Shown one piece after another: positions 53,283-63,451 of a DNA stretch of 64,000 nt. Location of the stretch: the NCBI GenBank assembly GCA_937146765.1, contig CAKZRP010000068.1, forward strand, positions 4,530 to 68,529, in the 5' to 3' direction. The notes beneath the pieces were generated by a model, which was not told the origin of the DNA, did not search any database, and saw nothing but the letters and a program-made list of their open reading frames with translations. The translations under genes and the position numbers were made by a program. Each line of letters opens with the position of its first letter. Position 1 is the first letter of the stretch. The stretch is from an uncultured Rhodobacteraceae bacterium (lineage in GTDB: Bacteria > Pseudomonadota > Alphaproteobacteria > Rhodobacterales > Rhodobacteraceae).

Positions 53283-54250
53283 GCCCGCTGGTGACAGGGG
53301 TGATGGCCGTGCTGGTCTATACCGGGCTGATCGCTACGGCGGATGGCATCACCAAGATGATGGCCTCCGCCTTTGCGCCTGCGCAGCTCTTTGCGGTCTC
53401 GGGTCTGCTGGTGGCAGGCTTCTGCGTTCTGGCCAGCAAGATGCGGCCGGTCGCGACCGGGCTGGGCACCCTCTGTCCGCGCGCGATGGCGGTTCGCTCC
53501 CTCGCCACGGTTCTGGCCTGTACCTGTTTCTTTTATGCCTTCCGGGCGCTGGAACTGGCGGAAGTCTTTGTCTTTGTTGCCCTGATGCCGGTGATGGCCG
53601 CGCTGTTGTCGGCACTGATCCTGAAGGAAAGCGTGCGGCCTGCGGTCTGGCTGGCCATCGCACTCGGGGCGGTTGGGCTTTTGGTGATGCAGCCGGCCCT
53701 CGCGGTGGGAGACACCATGGGCTCCTTTCTGGCGCTTGGGGGTGTCTGCTTCGGCACCCTGTCCATCGTGATGGCGCGCTACATCAGCCGGTTCGAGAGC
53801 AATGTGCTGGCGCAGGTCTTTTATCCCAATCTGACGCTGGGACTGGTCATGCTCTGCGTGCTGCCCTTTGTCTGGGAGCCGATGGCGGCGATGGATATGG
53901 GCTGGGTCGGCATCTATGCGGTGGTGCTGTTCGGCGCGCGATGGTTGCTGGTCACGGCGCTGCGTCACCTGCCGGCCTGGACAGTGACGCCGCTCTTGAA
54001 TCTTCAATTTGTCTGGATGGCCTTGATCGGACTGCTGATCTTTGGCGAGGTGCCGGCGCTGGCAACCTGTCTCGGCATGGCGGTGATCGCGGCCTCGGGG
54101 GTCTTCTTGGTCTGGGATCAGGCCCAGGGTCGGGACCGGCTTGCCGCGCCCGCAGGTGGCTGGCCGCCGCGGCGGGGTCGGCTTCCAGCCCGCAGCTTTC
54201 CGGAAAACGAGGCGCTGCGGTCGCGCACCAGTCTGCGGATGCGGCGTTGA
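53279..54250 (+). CDS. DMT-superfamily (EamA-like) transporter
   Basis: About ten hydrophobic helices in two EamA-like halves. The ATG overlaps the preceding stop (ATGA). The Arg-rich C-terminal tail may be over-extended. Confidence 0.8.
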   Translation: MSPLVTGVMAVLVYTGLIATADGITKMMASAFAPAQLFAVSGLLVAGFCVLASKMRPVATGLGTLCPRAMAVRSLATVLACTCFFYAFRALELAEVFVFVALMPVMAALLSALILKESVRPAVWLAIALGAVGLLVMQPALAVGDTMGSFLALGGVCFGTLSIVMARYISRFESNVLAQVFYPNLTLGLVMLCVLPFVWEPMAAMDMGWVGIYAVVLFGARWLLVTALRHLPAWTVTPLLNLQFVWMALIGLLIFGEVPALATCLGMAVIAASGVFLVWDQAQGRDRLAAPAGGWPPRRGRLPARSFPENEALRSRTSLRMRR

Positions 54251-54410
54251 CAGGGCGGTTGTCTGGCGGATTGCACGGTGGGAGGAAAGGCCGACTGACG
54301 GGCCAGCTGACGAGCCGACCGACAGGGCGTGACGGGCGCGAGGCGCATCGGGTGCCCCTATAAGGGGCGCCCCGGCAGGTCGGCTGGTTTAAGCCTTCAG
54401 ATAGACCCCG

Positions 54411-54734
54411 TTACATGGAAAACGACGTGCCGCAGCCGCAGCTCGAACTGGCATTGGGGTTGTCGATGGTGAAACGGGCGCCGATCAGCTCTTCGGTGAA
54501 ATCGATTACCGCGTTTTCGAGGAAGGGCAGCGAAATCTCGTCCACCACCACCTTCTGGCCGAGGCCCTCCAGCACGAGGTCGTCGGATTTCGGCTCGTCC
54601 AGCGCGATTTCATACTGAAAGCCGGAGCAGCCCCCGCCCTCGACGGCGATGCGCAGGGCGCGGCCCTGTTCGGCGGCGCCAATCTCGGCCAGCCTCTCAA
54701 AGGCGCGCGCAGTGACTTTTGGCGGCAGTTGCAT
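54411..54734 (-). CDS. HesB/IscA-family iron-sulfur cluster insertion protein (ErpA-like)
   Basis: GGGCSGFQY and the C-terminal CGCGTSF motif. 107 aa from the internal Met. Confidence 0.85.
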   Translation of the reverse strand: MQLPPKVTARAFERLAEIGAAEQGRALRIAVEGGGCSGFQYEIALDEPKSDDLVLEGLGQKVVVDEISLPFLENAVIDFTEELIGARFTIDNPNASSSCGCGTSFSM

Positions 54735-54834
54735 GCTCGTTTTCTCCGATGGCGTGTTGCAGCGTCCTGACAAATATAGAAAGGTGCGGACAAGGCGGCA
54801 AGATTGCCGGACGAGAATTCCCGAGGACGACACC

Positions 54835-55977
54835 ATGTACGCGCCCTATGCCACCCTGCCGGACCGCTCGCGCGGGCGCCAGATCGACGAGGAAGAGAGC
54901 AGCTTCCGCTCTCCCTTTCAGCGCGACCGGGACCGCATCATCCACGCCAGCGCCTTTCGGCGGCTGAAGCACAAGACCCAGGTCTTTGTCGAGCATGAGG
55001 GCGACAACTACCGCACCCGTCTGACCCATTCGATCGAGGTGGCGCAGGTGGGGCGCACCCTCGCCGGGGCTTTGGGGCTGAACCAGGAGTTGACCGAGGC
55101 GGTGGCGCTGGCGCATGACTTAGGCCACACCCCCTTTGGCCATACCGGCGAGGATGCGCTGCACGAGATGATGGCGCCCTATGGCGGCTTTGATCACAAT
55201 GCCCAGGCGCTCCGGATCGTGATGATGCTGGAAAAACATTATGCGGAATTCGACGGGCTGAACCTCACCTGGGAGACGTTGGAGGCGATTGCCAAGCACA
55301 ACGGGCCGGTTGTCGGCGATCTCCCCTGGGCGCTCAGGGCCTGCAACGCAAAGATCGATCTAGAGCTCCATACATATGCCAGTGCCGAGGCGCAGGTGGC
55401 GGCGATTTCGGACGATGTGGCCTATAACAACCACGACCTGCATGACGGGCTGCGGGCCGGGTTGTTTGACGATGACGACATCTGCAGCTTGTCGCTGATC
55501 GCACCGGCCTATGCGGCGGTGGATGCGAAATACCCCGGTCTCGACGCCAACCGGCGCCGCCACGAGGCGCTGCGTCGGGTCTTTGGCGTGATGGTGAGCG
55601 ATGTGATCGACACCTCACGTGCGAGGCTTGCCGCTGCCGGGGCGCAGTCGGTCGAGGAGATCCGCGCGCTCGACCATTCGGTGGTCACTTTCTCGGACGA
55701 TCTCTGGGTGCAACTGAAGGAACTGCGGGCCTTCCTCTTTACCCGCATGTATCGCGCGCCCTCTGTCATGGTGGTGCGCGAGCGGGTGGCGCATGTGGTC
55801 AAGGCGCTCTTTGCTTACTACCTCGACAATACGATGGGGATGCCGGACCGCTGGCATGCGGAGATCCGCGCCACCAACAGCGAGCTGGAGCGGGCGCGCA
55901 TCGTCTCCGACTATATTGCCGGCATGACGGATCGGTTTGCCCTGCAGCTCTATGATCGGCTGGCGCTGGAGGGATAG
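54835..55977 (+). CDS. dgt: dGTP triphosphohydrolase-like HD-domain protein
   Basis: FQRDRDRIIHASAFRRLKHKTQVF, RLTHSIEVAQVGR, AHDLGHTPFGH. Confidence 0.9.
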   Translation: MYAPYATLPDRSRGRQIDEEESSFRSPFQRDRDRIIHASAFRRLKHKTQVFVEHEGDNYRTRLTHSIEVAQVGRTLAGALGLNQELTEAVALAHDLGHTPFGHTGEDALHEMMAPYGGFDHNAQALRIVMMLEKHYAEFDGLNLTWETLEAIAKHNGPVVGDLPWALRACNAKIDLELHTYASAEAQVAAISDDVAYNNHDLHDGLRAGLFDDDDICSLSLIAPAYAAVDAKYPGLDANRRRHEALRRVFGVMVSDVIDTSRARLAAAGAQSVEEIRALDHSVVTFSDDLWVQLKELRAFLFTRMYRAPSVMVVRERVAHVVKALFAYYLDNTMGMPDRWHAEIRATNSELERARIVSDYIAGMTDRFALQLYDRLALEG

Positions 55978-56089
55978 GGCAGGGACGTGGTACCGGAGCA
56001 CCGGGGGCGGCGTGAACCCCAGCTTCTCTGGTTGACCCTGAGCGCGGCCCTCGGTATCCGCTTGGATTGATACCTATGGGACGCCAGAC

Positions 56090-57832
56090 ATGAACCTCTT
56101 TACCGATATCCGTACGCTTGTGATCGACAGCCTTGCGGCCATGACGGCCGAAGGGGCGCTGCCCGAAGGGCTGGATTTTGCCAATGTGGCAGTGGAGCCG
56201 CCGCGCGATGCGGCCCATGGCGACATGGCGACCAATGCGGCGATGGTGCTAGCAAAGCCTGCGGGTCTGAAGCCGCGTGACATTGCCGAGGCTCTGGCGT
56301 CCCGATTGGCGGCGGATGCGCGGGTGAGTCTGGCCGAGGTGGCCGGACCGGGCTTTTTGAACCTGCGGCTTGATGCCTCCGTCTGGCAGGGCGTGCCAGC
56401 ACGGGTGCTGGCCGAGGGCGAGGGCTTTGGCCGCTCCGACATGGGGCAGGGCAAGCGGGTCAACGTGGAGTATGTCTCTGCCAACCCGACCGGGCCTTTG
56501 CACGTTGGTCATACCCGTGGCGCGGTGTTTGGCGATGCGCTGGCGAGCCTCCTTGCCTATGCCGGCTATGACGTGACCCGCGAGTATTACATCAACGATG
56601 GCGGCGCCCAGGTCGACGTGCTCGCACGCTCGGCCTATCTGCGCTATCTCGAAGCTCATGGGCAGGAGGTCGTATTTCCCGATGGCACCTATCCGGGCGA
56701 GTACCTGAAGGATGTCGGCGCGGCATTGATGGCCGAGTTCGGCGACCGCTTCGTGGATCAGCCCGAGGATATCTGGCTGGAAGCGGTGCGCAATTTCGCC
56801 ACCGACATGATGATGGATCTGATCCGCGAGGATCTGGCGCTTCTGGGGGTGAAGATGGATGTCTTCTACTCGGAAAAATCCCTCTATGGGACTGGCCTGA
56901 TCGAGGCGGCGCTCAAGAGCCTTGAGAGCAAAGGTCTGATCTACGAGGGCGTGCTGGAGCCGCCGAAGGGCAAGAAGCCCGAGGATTGGGAGCCGCGCGT
57001 CCAGACCCTGTTCAAATCCACCGATCACGGTGATGACGTGGATCGGCCGGTGAAGAAATCCGATGGTGCCTGGACCTATTTCGCGCCCGATATCGCCTAT
57101 CACTACGACAAGGTCTCTCGCGGTTTTGATATGCTGATCGACGTCTTTGGCGCCGATCATGGCGGTTATGTGAAACGGATGAAGGCGGCGGTCTCGGCCC
57201 TGTCGGACGGCACCGTGCCGCTCGATGTCAAGCTCTGCCAGCTGGTGAAGCTGTTCAAGGACGGGCAGGAATTCAAGATGTCCAAGCGGGCAGGGACCTT
57301 TGTCACCCTGCGCGACGTGGTCGATGCGGTGGGCGCCGATGTGACCCGCTTCATGCTTTTGACCCGCAAGAACGACCAGGGCTTTGACTTCGACCTCGAC
57401 AAGGCGCTGGAACAGTCCAAGGACAACCCGGTCTTTTACGTGCAATATGCCAATGCGCGGATCCATTCGACCCTGCGCAAGGCTGCAGAGAGCGGAATCG
57501 CCGTCGACGATGCCACGCTTGGCCGCGCCAACCTCGGGTTGCTGGCGCATGAGGCGCAGCTCGCGGTTGCGCGAAAGCTCGCCGAATGGCCGCGCCAGGT
57601 GGAGATCGCCGCCCGCACCAACGAGCCGCATCGGATCGCCTTTTTCCTTTACGATCTGGCCTCGGATCTGCACGGGCTTTATCACCTCGGGAAATCCGAA
57701 GATGGCCTGCGATTTGTTAACGAGAGCAGCGAAACGGCAACACAGGCCAATTTGGCTCTGGCCCGTGCTGTTTCCATTGTCATTTCCGCAGGGCTTGGTA
57801 TCTTGGGCGTGACACCGGCGCAGGAGATGTGA
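56090..57832 (+). CDS. argS: Arginine--tRNA ligase
   Basis: 580 aa with HIGH-type motif ([11 protein letters not shown]), the class I core and an anticodon-binding C-terminus. Confidence 0.95.
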   Translation: MNLFTDIRTLVIDSLAAMTAEGALPEGLDFANVAVEPPRDAAHGDMATNAAMVLAKPAGLKPRDIAEALASRLAADARVSLAEVAGPGFLNLRLDASVWQGVPARVLAEGEGFGRSDMGQGKRVNVEYVSANPTGPLHVGHTRGAVFGDALASLLAYAGYDVTREYYINDGGAQVDVLARSAYLRYLEAHGQEVVFPDGTYPGEYLKDVGAALMAEFGDRFVDQPEDIWLEAVRNFATDMMMDLIREDLALLGVKMDVFYSEKSLYGTGLIEAALKSLESKGLIYEGVLEPPKGKKPEDWEPRVQTLFKSTDHGDDVDRPVKKSDGAWTYFAPDIAYHYDKVSRGFDMLIDVFGADHGGYVKRMKAAVSALSDGTVPLDVKLCQLVKLFKDGQEFKMSKRAGTFVTLRDVVDAVGADVTRFMLLTRKNDQGFDFDLDKALEQSKDNPVFYVQYANARIHSTLRKAAESGIAVDDATLGRANLGLLAHEAQLAVARKLAEWPRQVEIAARTNEPHRIAFFLYDLASDLHGLYHLGKSEDGLRFVNESSETATQANLALARAVSIVISAGLGILGVTPAQEM

Positions 57833-57942
57833 CAGCAAAGTCACCCGAACCGCCGGTCTGAGGCAGACCAAGAGACCCGAAGCACACCCTGTTCCGCCCT
57901 CGGCGGTGCGGGGCTGATGCAAAAGCGGGCAGTGAGGCGGAT

Positions 57943-59337
57943 ATGGCATATTTTGCACAGGTGGGCGCAGCCGCGCCCTCTTCCAGTGGTGATGGTGAGA
58001 GCGGTGGCTCCGCCTTCGACCCGTTTTCCTCTCATAAGTATTCCCGGGCTTCCGCGCAGGAGCCTGTTGCTGCCCCGGCGGCAGAATCGAGCTATCCCAA
58101 TTTCGGCCTCAATCCGGCCCAGGCGATGATGCAGCCGGTGAAGGTCGCCACCTTCTCCGGTCAACCCTATAGCGGTGCCTCCACCGGCGGCTATGGGCAA
58201 TCCGCCAACCATGCCTATGATCATTCCACCGCTGGCAGCCCCTACGCCGGCTATGGCGATGCGGGCTATGAAGAGGTCGGCGACTACGGCGACGGTTATG
58301 AGTCGGATGAGGATGAACTCTTTGCCGCGCCGCCCGTGCGGGGAGAGCTTGGCCGGCTGGCTGCCATGCTCGGGGCGGCGGCCTCGATCGCGCTGGTGGT
58401 TGGCATCGGCGTCTGGGGCTACAAGCTTATCATGCGCGACGTATCCGGCGTGCCGGTGGTGAGCGCGGTGGCCGGTCCGATGCGCGTTGCCCCCGAAGAG
58501 CCCGGTGGCGAAACCGCCGATCATCAGGGCCTGGCCGTGAATGCGGTGGCGGCAACCGGTATTGCCGAGGATCCGGCGGATACCCTTCAGCTGGCACCGC
58601 AGGCGATTGCCCTCACCGAAGACGACCAGCCGATTCCCGCGTTGACCGAGGCGGCGGAGGCCGAAGCCGCACTTGAGGCCGAAGCCGACGCCGAATTCGC
58701 GCGCGCCGATGCCGGGGTGGTCGCGGAGACGCCGGTCGAGGAGCTGACGCCGCTTGAGCAGCGCGGCAATGATATCGACGCGCTGGTGGCCTCGCTGACC
58801 GAAGGGGCGGTGCCGCTGGAAGACCTGCGCGAGACCTCTGCGGCCATCGTGCAGCCAGAGCCGCTGGGAGAAGATGCACTGGTGGCTTCGGTTGCGGCGG
58901 TCAGCGTTCCGGCCGCGATTCTGAATGCCCCGGGTGTGCGCGAGACCAAACGACCCTTGACGCGCCCGGCCCGCTTTGCCCCGGCTCCGTCGCGGACCGA
59001 GGCTGTCGCTGCCGGTGCGGCCACCGCCGCCGCGCCTGCCGCTGCGGTTGTCGCCACCGCGGAGATCGCGCCCGAGAGCCTTGAGGTCGGCACCCGTCTG
59101 GCCCAGCTGGGCGCCTATGAGAGCGCCGAAGTGGCGCGCAGCGAATGGACCCGGATCAGTGCCAAGTTCGGCGGTTACTTCGACGACAAGCAGCGGGTGA
59201 TCCAGCGCGCCGAGAGCGGCGGGCGGATCTTCTACCGCCTGCGGGCGCATGGGTTCGAGGATCTTTCGGATGCGCGCCGCTTCTGCTCGGCGCTGGTGGC
59301 GGGCAATGCGGATTGTATCCCCGTGACGATGCGCTGA
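57943..59337 (+). CDS. SPOR-domain protein with low-complexity N-terminal region and one TM
   Basis: TM (LAAMLGAAASIALVVGIGVWGY), an Ala/Glu/Pro-rich linker and a C-terminal SPOR fold (LAQLGAYESAEVARSEW...GRIFYRLRAHGF). Confidence 0.75.
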   Translation: MAYFAQVGAAAPSSSGDGESGGSAFDPFSSHKYSRASAQEPVAAPAAESSYPNFGLNPAQAMMQPVKVATFSGQPYSGASTGGYGQSANHAYDHSTAGSPYAGYGDAGYEEVGDYGDGYESDEDELFAAPPVRGELGRLAAMLGAAASIALVVGIGVWGYKLIMRDVSGVPVVSAVAGPMRVAPEEPGGETADHQGLAVNAVAATGIAEDPADTLQLAPQAIALTEDDQPIPALTEAAEAEAALEAEADAEFARADAGVVAETPVEELTPLEQRGNDIDALVASLTEGAVPLEDLRETSAAIVQPEPLGEDALVASVAAVSVPAAILNAPGVRETKRPLTRPARFAPAPSRTEAVAAGAATAAAPAAAVVATAEIAPESLEVGTRLAQLGAYESAEVARSEWTRISAKFGGYFDDKQRVIQRAESGGRIFYRLRAHGFEDLSDARRFCSALVAGNADCIPVTMR

Positions 59338-59341
59338 CCCG

Positions 59342-60451
59342 ATGCGCTACGGAGCCACGATTCTCGACGCGGAAGGCCTGCGTCTGACCGCTGATGAAAA
59401 GGCGCTGTTCCGCGAGGCAGCGCCTTTCGGTTTCATCCTTTTTGCCCGCAATATCGACACCGCCGATCAGGTGCGTGCGCTCTGTGACGAGTTTCGCGAG
59501 GCGGCGGGGCATGACTGTCTGATCACCGTCGATCAGGAGGGCGGGCGGGTGCAGCGCCTGCGCGCACCTTTGGCGCGGGAGTGGCGCCCGGCGCTCGATC
59601 ACGTCGAGGCGGCCAGCGATCCGGTCCGGGCGATGTATCTGCGGGCGCGGCTGATCGCGGCGGAGCTGCGCGCCCTTGGCATCGACAGCAATTGCGCGCC
59701 GCTAGCGGATGTGGCCAGCGAGGCCACCCATCCTTTCCTGCGCAACCGGTGCTATGGCAGCGACGCCGCCACGGTGGCAGCGCGGGCGCGGGCCTGTGCC
59801 GAGGGCCATCTCGACGGCGGCGTGGTGCCGGTGATGAAGCATATCCCCGGCCATGGGCGCTCCACCATGGACAGCCACCACGACCTGCCGCATGTGACGG
59901 CCCCCGCGGAGGTGCTGCGGGCGGAGGATTTCGCGGCCTTTGCGGCGCTGAAAGACCTGCCGATGGCAATGACCGCGCATCTGGTCTACGACGCCTTTGA
60001 TGCGCGCCCCGCGACCCTGTCGCCGGTGGTGATGCACCTGATCCGCGAAGAGCTGGGCTATGACGGTCTGGTGATGACGGATGATATCTCGATGAAGGCC
60101 CTGTGGGCGCCCGAGATTTTACACCAAGGTCAGCGCCCGAACCTGGACGGGGGCAAGGTGCCCTCCCGGGGGGAGGGCCCGGCGCTGTCAGGCCTGCGGC
60201 CAGACGAAACAGCGCATATTGCCGGTGTGATCGCCAGAGCTTCGCTCGACGCGGGCTGCGATGTCGCTCTCTTTTGCAACGCCCCCTTGGCGGAGCGCGC
60301 GGCGGTGGCCGAGGCGGCGGGCGGGATGACGGATGCGGCCCAACGGCGCGCCGAGGCGGCGCTGGCCTGCCGCAAATCCCCTGCCGCGCTTGACACTGCC
60401 GGTGCCGAAGCGGAACTATCTGCCCTCATGGGCGGACAGGTATATGGCTGA
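59342..60451 (+). CDS. nagZ: Beta-N-acetylhexosaminidase (GH3, NagZ)
   Basis: ITVDQEGGRVQRL, KHIPGHG, VMTDDISM. It has an apparent extra segment between the DDISM and SLDAGCD regions. Confidence 0.85.
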   Translation: MRYGATILDAEGLRLTADEKALFREAAPFGFILFARNIDTADQVRALCDEFREAAGHDCLITVDQEGGRVQRLRAPLAREWRPALDHVEAASDPVRAMYLRARLIAAELRALGIDSNCAPLADVASEATHPFLRNRCYGSDAATVAARARACAEGHLDGGVVPVMKHIPGHGRSTMDSHHDLPHVTAPAEVLRAEDFAAFAALKDLPMAMTAHLVYDAFDARPATLSPVVMHLIREELGYDGLVMTDDISMKALWAPEILHQGQRPNLDGGKVPSRGEGPALSGLRPDETAHIAGVIARASLDAGCDVALFCNAPLAERAAVAEAAGGMTDAAQRRAEAALACRKSPAALDTAGAEAELSALMGGQVYG

Positions 60452-61244
60452 CGAGGACACGCTCTTTCCGGAGGAACTGCAGCTTTCGGTCGAGGAACGC
60501 CTCGAGGCCGAGGCGCTGATTGTTGACGTCCACGGTTTTGAAGGGCCGCTGGACCTGTTGCTGATGCTCTCGCGCACCCAGAAGGTCGACCTGCGGCGGA
60601 TCTCGGTCTACGAGTTGGCGCGGCAATATCTGACCTTTGTCGAACGCGCCAAGGAGCTGCGGATCGAGCTGGCGGCGGATTACCTGGTGATGGCGGCCTG
60701 GCTGGCCTACCTCAAGTCCCGCCTGCTTCTGCCGCCCGACCCGGAGGAGGAAGGTCCCTCGGGTGAGGAACTGGCCGCGCATCTGGCCTTTCAGCTTGAA
60801 CGGCTGCAGGCGATGCGCGATGCCGCCGCCCGGTTGATGGGGCGCGACCAGCTGGGGCGCGACTTCTTTGCGCGCGGGCAGGGCGAGGATGTGCAGCGGA
60901 TCAAGACGGTGACCTATACGGCCAACCTTCTCGACCTGATGCAGGGCTATGCCCGCATCCGCACCAAGGACGAATTTCGCCCCTTCGTGATGGACCGCGA
61001 CAGCGTCTTCACCATGGAGGAGGCGCTGGAACGGATGCGCGGCCTTATCGGGTTCACCGGCAGCTGGACCGACATGCTGAGCTACCTGCCGGACGGCTGG
61101 CACAGTGATCCGGTCAAGCGCCGTTCCGCCACCGCCGCCACATTTGCCGCCTCGTTGCAGCTGGTCAAGGAGGGCAAGATGGAGATCCGCCAGACGGAGA
61201 GTTTTGCCCCGATCCAGTTGCGCACCCGGCCAGAGGACCATTGA
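60444..61244 (+). CDS. scpA: Segregation and condensation protein A
   Basis: FEGPLDLLLMLSRTQKVDLRRISV, AADYLVMAAWLAYLKSRLLLP. It overlaps the nagZ end by 8 nt. Confidence 0.85.
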   Translation: MADEDTLFPEELQLSVEERLEAEALIVDVHGFEGPLDLLLMLSRTQKVDLRRISVYELARQYLTFVERAKELRIELAADYLVMAAWLAYLKSRLLLPPDPEEEGPSGEELAAHLAFQLERLQAMRDAAARLMGRDQLGRDFFARGQGEDVQRIKTVTYTANLLDLMQGYARIRTKDEFRPFVMDRDSVFTMEEALERMRGLIGFTGSWTDMLSYLPDGWHSDPVKRRSATAATFAASLQLVKEGKMEIRQTESFAPIQLRTRPEDH

Positions 61245-61930
61245 TGGACGAGTATCAGAGCCATATTTCCGAAGAGGACCACCCCCGCCGCCGCCAGAGC
61301 GACAGCCTGTTTGACGCGCCGCCGATGGCGGAACAGGAGCGCATGGTGGAGGCGGTGCTCTTTGCCAGCGCCGACCCGGTGACGATCCGCGATCTGGAAG
61401 CGCGGATGCCGCATGGGTGCAACCCCGGCGAGGCGATGGAATATCTGCGCAAGCGCTACGAGGGGCGCGGGGTGCGGGTGGTGCAGGTGGGAGAAGCCTG
61501 GGCGCTGCGCACCGCGCCCGACCTCGGCTTTCTGATGCAGAAGGAAACGGTGGAGACCAAGAAACTGTCGCGTGCCGCGATCGAGACGCTGGCGATCATC
61601 GCCTATCACCAGCCGGTGACCCGGGCCGAGATCGAAGAGATCCGCGGCGTTTCGGTCTCGCGCGGTACCATCGACCAGCTGCTGGAGATGGAGTGGATCC
61701 GCTTCGGGCGCCGCAAGATGACTCCGGGGCGGCCGGTGACCTTTGTGGTGACGCCGGTCTTCCTCGACCATTTCGGCCTGGAGAGCGCGCGCGACCTGCC
61801 CGGGCTGAAGGAGTTGCGCGCCGCAGGTCTGCTGGAAAACCGGCCGCCGCCGGGGGCCTTCCCCATCGGTCAGGGCGACAGCGAGGACGAGCGCCGCGAC
61901 GAGGAACAGGCGGAATTGTTCGAAGACTAG
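61241..61930 (+). CDS. scpB: Segregation and condensation protein B
   Basis: EAVLFASADPVTIRDL, LSRAAIETLAIIAYHQPVTRAEIEEIRGV, PGRPVTFVVT. It has a 4-nt overlap with scpA. Confidence 0.85.
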   Translation: MMDEYQSHISEEDHPRRRQSDSLFDAPPMAEQERMVEAVLFASADPVTIRDLEARMPHGCNPGEAMEYLRKRYEGRGVRVVQVGEAWALRTAPDLGFLMQKETVETKKLSRAAIETLAIIAYHQPVTRAEIEEIRGVSVSRGTIDQLLEMEWIRFGRRKMTPGRPVTFVVTPVFLDHFGLESARDLPGLKELRAAGLLENRPPPGAFPIGQGDSEDERRDEEQAELFED

Positions 61931-62006
61931 GCAATTTTGCCCGGAAATCGCCCCACTCCGCCCCTATATGGGCTGGGGAGTGAAGTTGAGACAGGGAGCC
62001 GAAATC

Positions 62007-62222
62007 ATGGGATTTGACCGGATCGTGAACATGATCCTGCGTCGCCTGCTGATGCGGGCGGTCAATTCCGGCGTTGATGCCGGGATCAATGCGCTGGCCC
62101 GGCGGGGCGGGGGAAAGCGGGACAGCCGGGCCTCTTCCGAGGAAGAGGCCGAGCGGGCGCGGATCCGCGCGATCAGGCAGGAACGTCGGGCGCAGCGGCA
62201 GGCGCGCCCGGATGAGGACTGA
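62007..62222 (+). CDS. Small basic hypothetical protein (71 aa)
   Basis: ATG at 62007 with SD agggag 8 nt upstream. Helical Arg-rich sequence. Its 3' end overlaps the convergent MFS gene by about 50 nt. Confidence 0.4.
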   Translation: MGFDRIVNMILRRLLMRAVNSGVDAGINALARRGGGKRDSRASSEEEAERARIRAIRQERRAQRQARPDED

Positions 62223-63366
62223 CACTGCGGCGCAGGCTCAGGCCCTCGATGGCGGCGAGGGCGGTGAGGCTGGCGGAAATCAGCACACAGCCCAGAAGGC
62301 CAAAGGCGCGAAAGCCGAAGCCGCCGACAAAGGGCGCCGCAAAGACGCAGATATAGGTGGTGGTGGAATAGATCCCCATGATGGCGCCGCGCTGACGCGG
62401 ATCCAATGAGGTGAGACGGGCCACCAGCAGGTTCAGCGCAAAATGCTGGAAGATCCCCCACAGCAAGGCAATGCCGAGGAAGACCGCGTAGCTGTCCCCC
62501 AGCAGACCCATTGCGAGGTAGATCGCCGTCGCCATGACAAACACCGGCGAGGTCGCCCGGGCAAGGCCGATGCGGTCCAGGATCGGATCCAGCAGCACTG
62601 CCGAGCCGAAGCCCAGCCCGTAGAACAGCGGTAGCAGCCCGGCCTGTCCAGTGGAGAGGCCGAGGCTGATGGTGGCATGGGCGCCGGTATAGGAATAGGT
62701 CACGTAAAAGCTGAGCATCAGCCCAATGGTGGCGCAGATGCCGCGGGTCATGCCGCGCACCCGCAGCGCGCTGAGCGGCGAGGTTGCAACCTGTTCCGGC
62801 TGATCGAGACGCGCCAATGGGGCCGTCAGGAGCCAGACCAACGCGCAGAGACCGGCCAGGGTGCCATAGACCATGCGCCAGCCGATCAGCTCGGCGCTCC
62901 AGGCTGCGAGGCTGACACCGAGCACCAACGAGAGCGTCCAGCCGGTGAGCACCGCGCCCACCGTGCGCGCCTCGCGCCCCTTGGGCGAGATCACCGCCGC
63001 CATCGTGTAGATCGAGGGCAGCGCCGCGCCGCCGGCGATGCCGCAGAGCGCCTGCGCCGCGATCAGTAGCATAAGGCTTGGGGCCAGGGCGCTGGCGACA
63101 AAGCCGAGGGTCAGCCCCGCAAGCGCCATCCGCAGGAGCCTGCCGCTGCCGATCCGATCCCCCAGAGGCGCCAGCAACAGCGCCGCCGCCGCCACGCCGA
63201 GGCCGTAGCCGCTGGAGGCCCAGAGCACCTGGCTCGGGGTGGCGGAAAGCGCTGCCCCCACCGGCTGCACCAAGGGTGACAGCAGCAGCGCATTGGTGCC
63301 GACGATGGCAATGGCGCACATCAGCGTGGCGATGGAGATCCAGAGCGGCGGAGCATTGGTCGGCAT
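62173..63366 (-). CDS. MFS transporter (12-TM)
   Basis: 397 aa with twelve hydrophobic segments and an MFS-like loop motif (LGDRIGSGRLL). It is divergent from an Lrp-family regulator. Confidence 0.8.
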   Translation of the reverse strand: MPTNAPPLWISIATLMCAIAIVGTNALLLSPLVQPVGAALSATPSQVLWASSGYGLGVAAAALLLAPLGDRIGSGRLLRMALAGLTLGFVASALAPSLMLLIAAQALCGIAGGAALPSIYTMAAVISPKGREARTVGAVLTGWTLSLVLGVSLAAWSAELIGWRMVYGTLAGLCALVWLLTAPLARLDQPEQVATSPLSALRVRGMTRGICATIGLMLSFYVTYSYTGAHATISLGLSTGQAGLLPLFYGLGFGSAVLLDPILDRIGLARATSPVFVMATAIYLAMGLLGDSYAVFLGIALLWGIFQHFALNLLVARLTSLDPRQRGAIMGIYSTTTYICVFAAPFVGGFGFRAFGLLGCVLISASLTALAAIEGLSLRRSVSPHPGAPAAAPDVPA

Positions 63367-63451
63367 GTGTCTCTCGGGTCGGGTTGAATTTCATTCGGCA
63401 GTTTGGCTTAATCGGCGAAGCTCATTCTGTGAAGCCTGAAGCGAGACCTCG

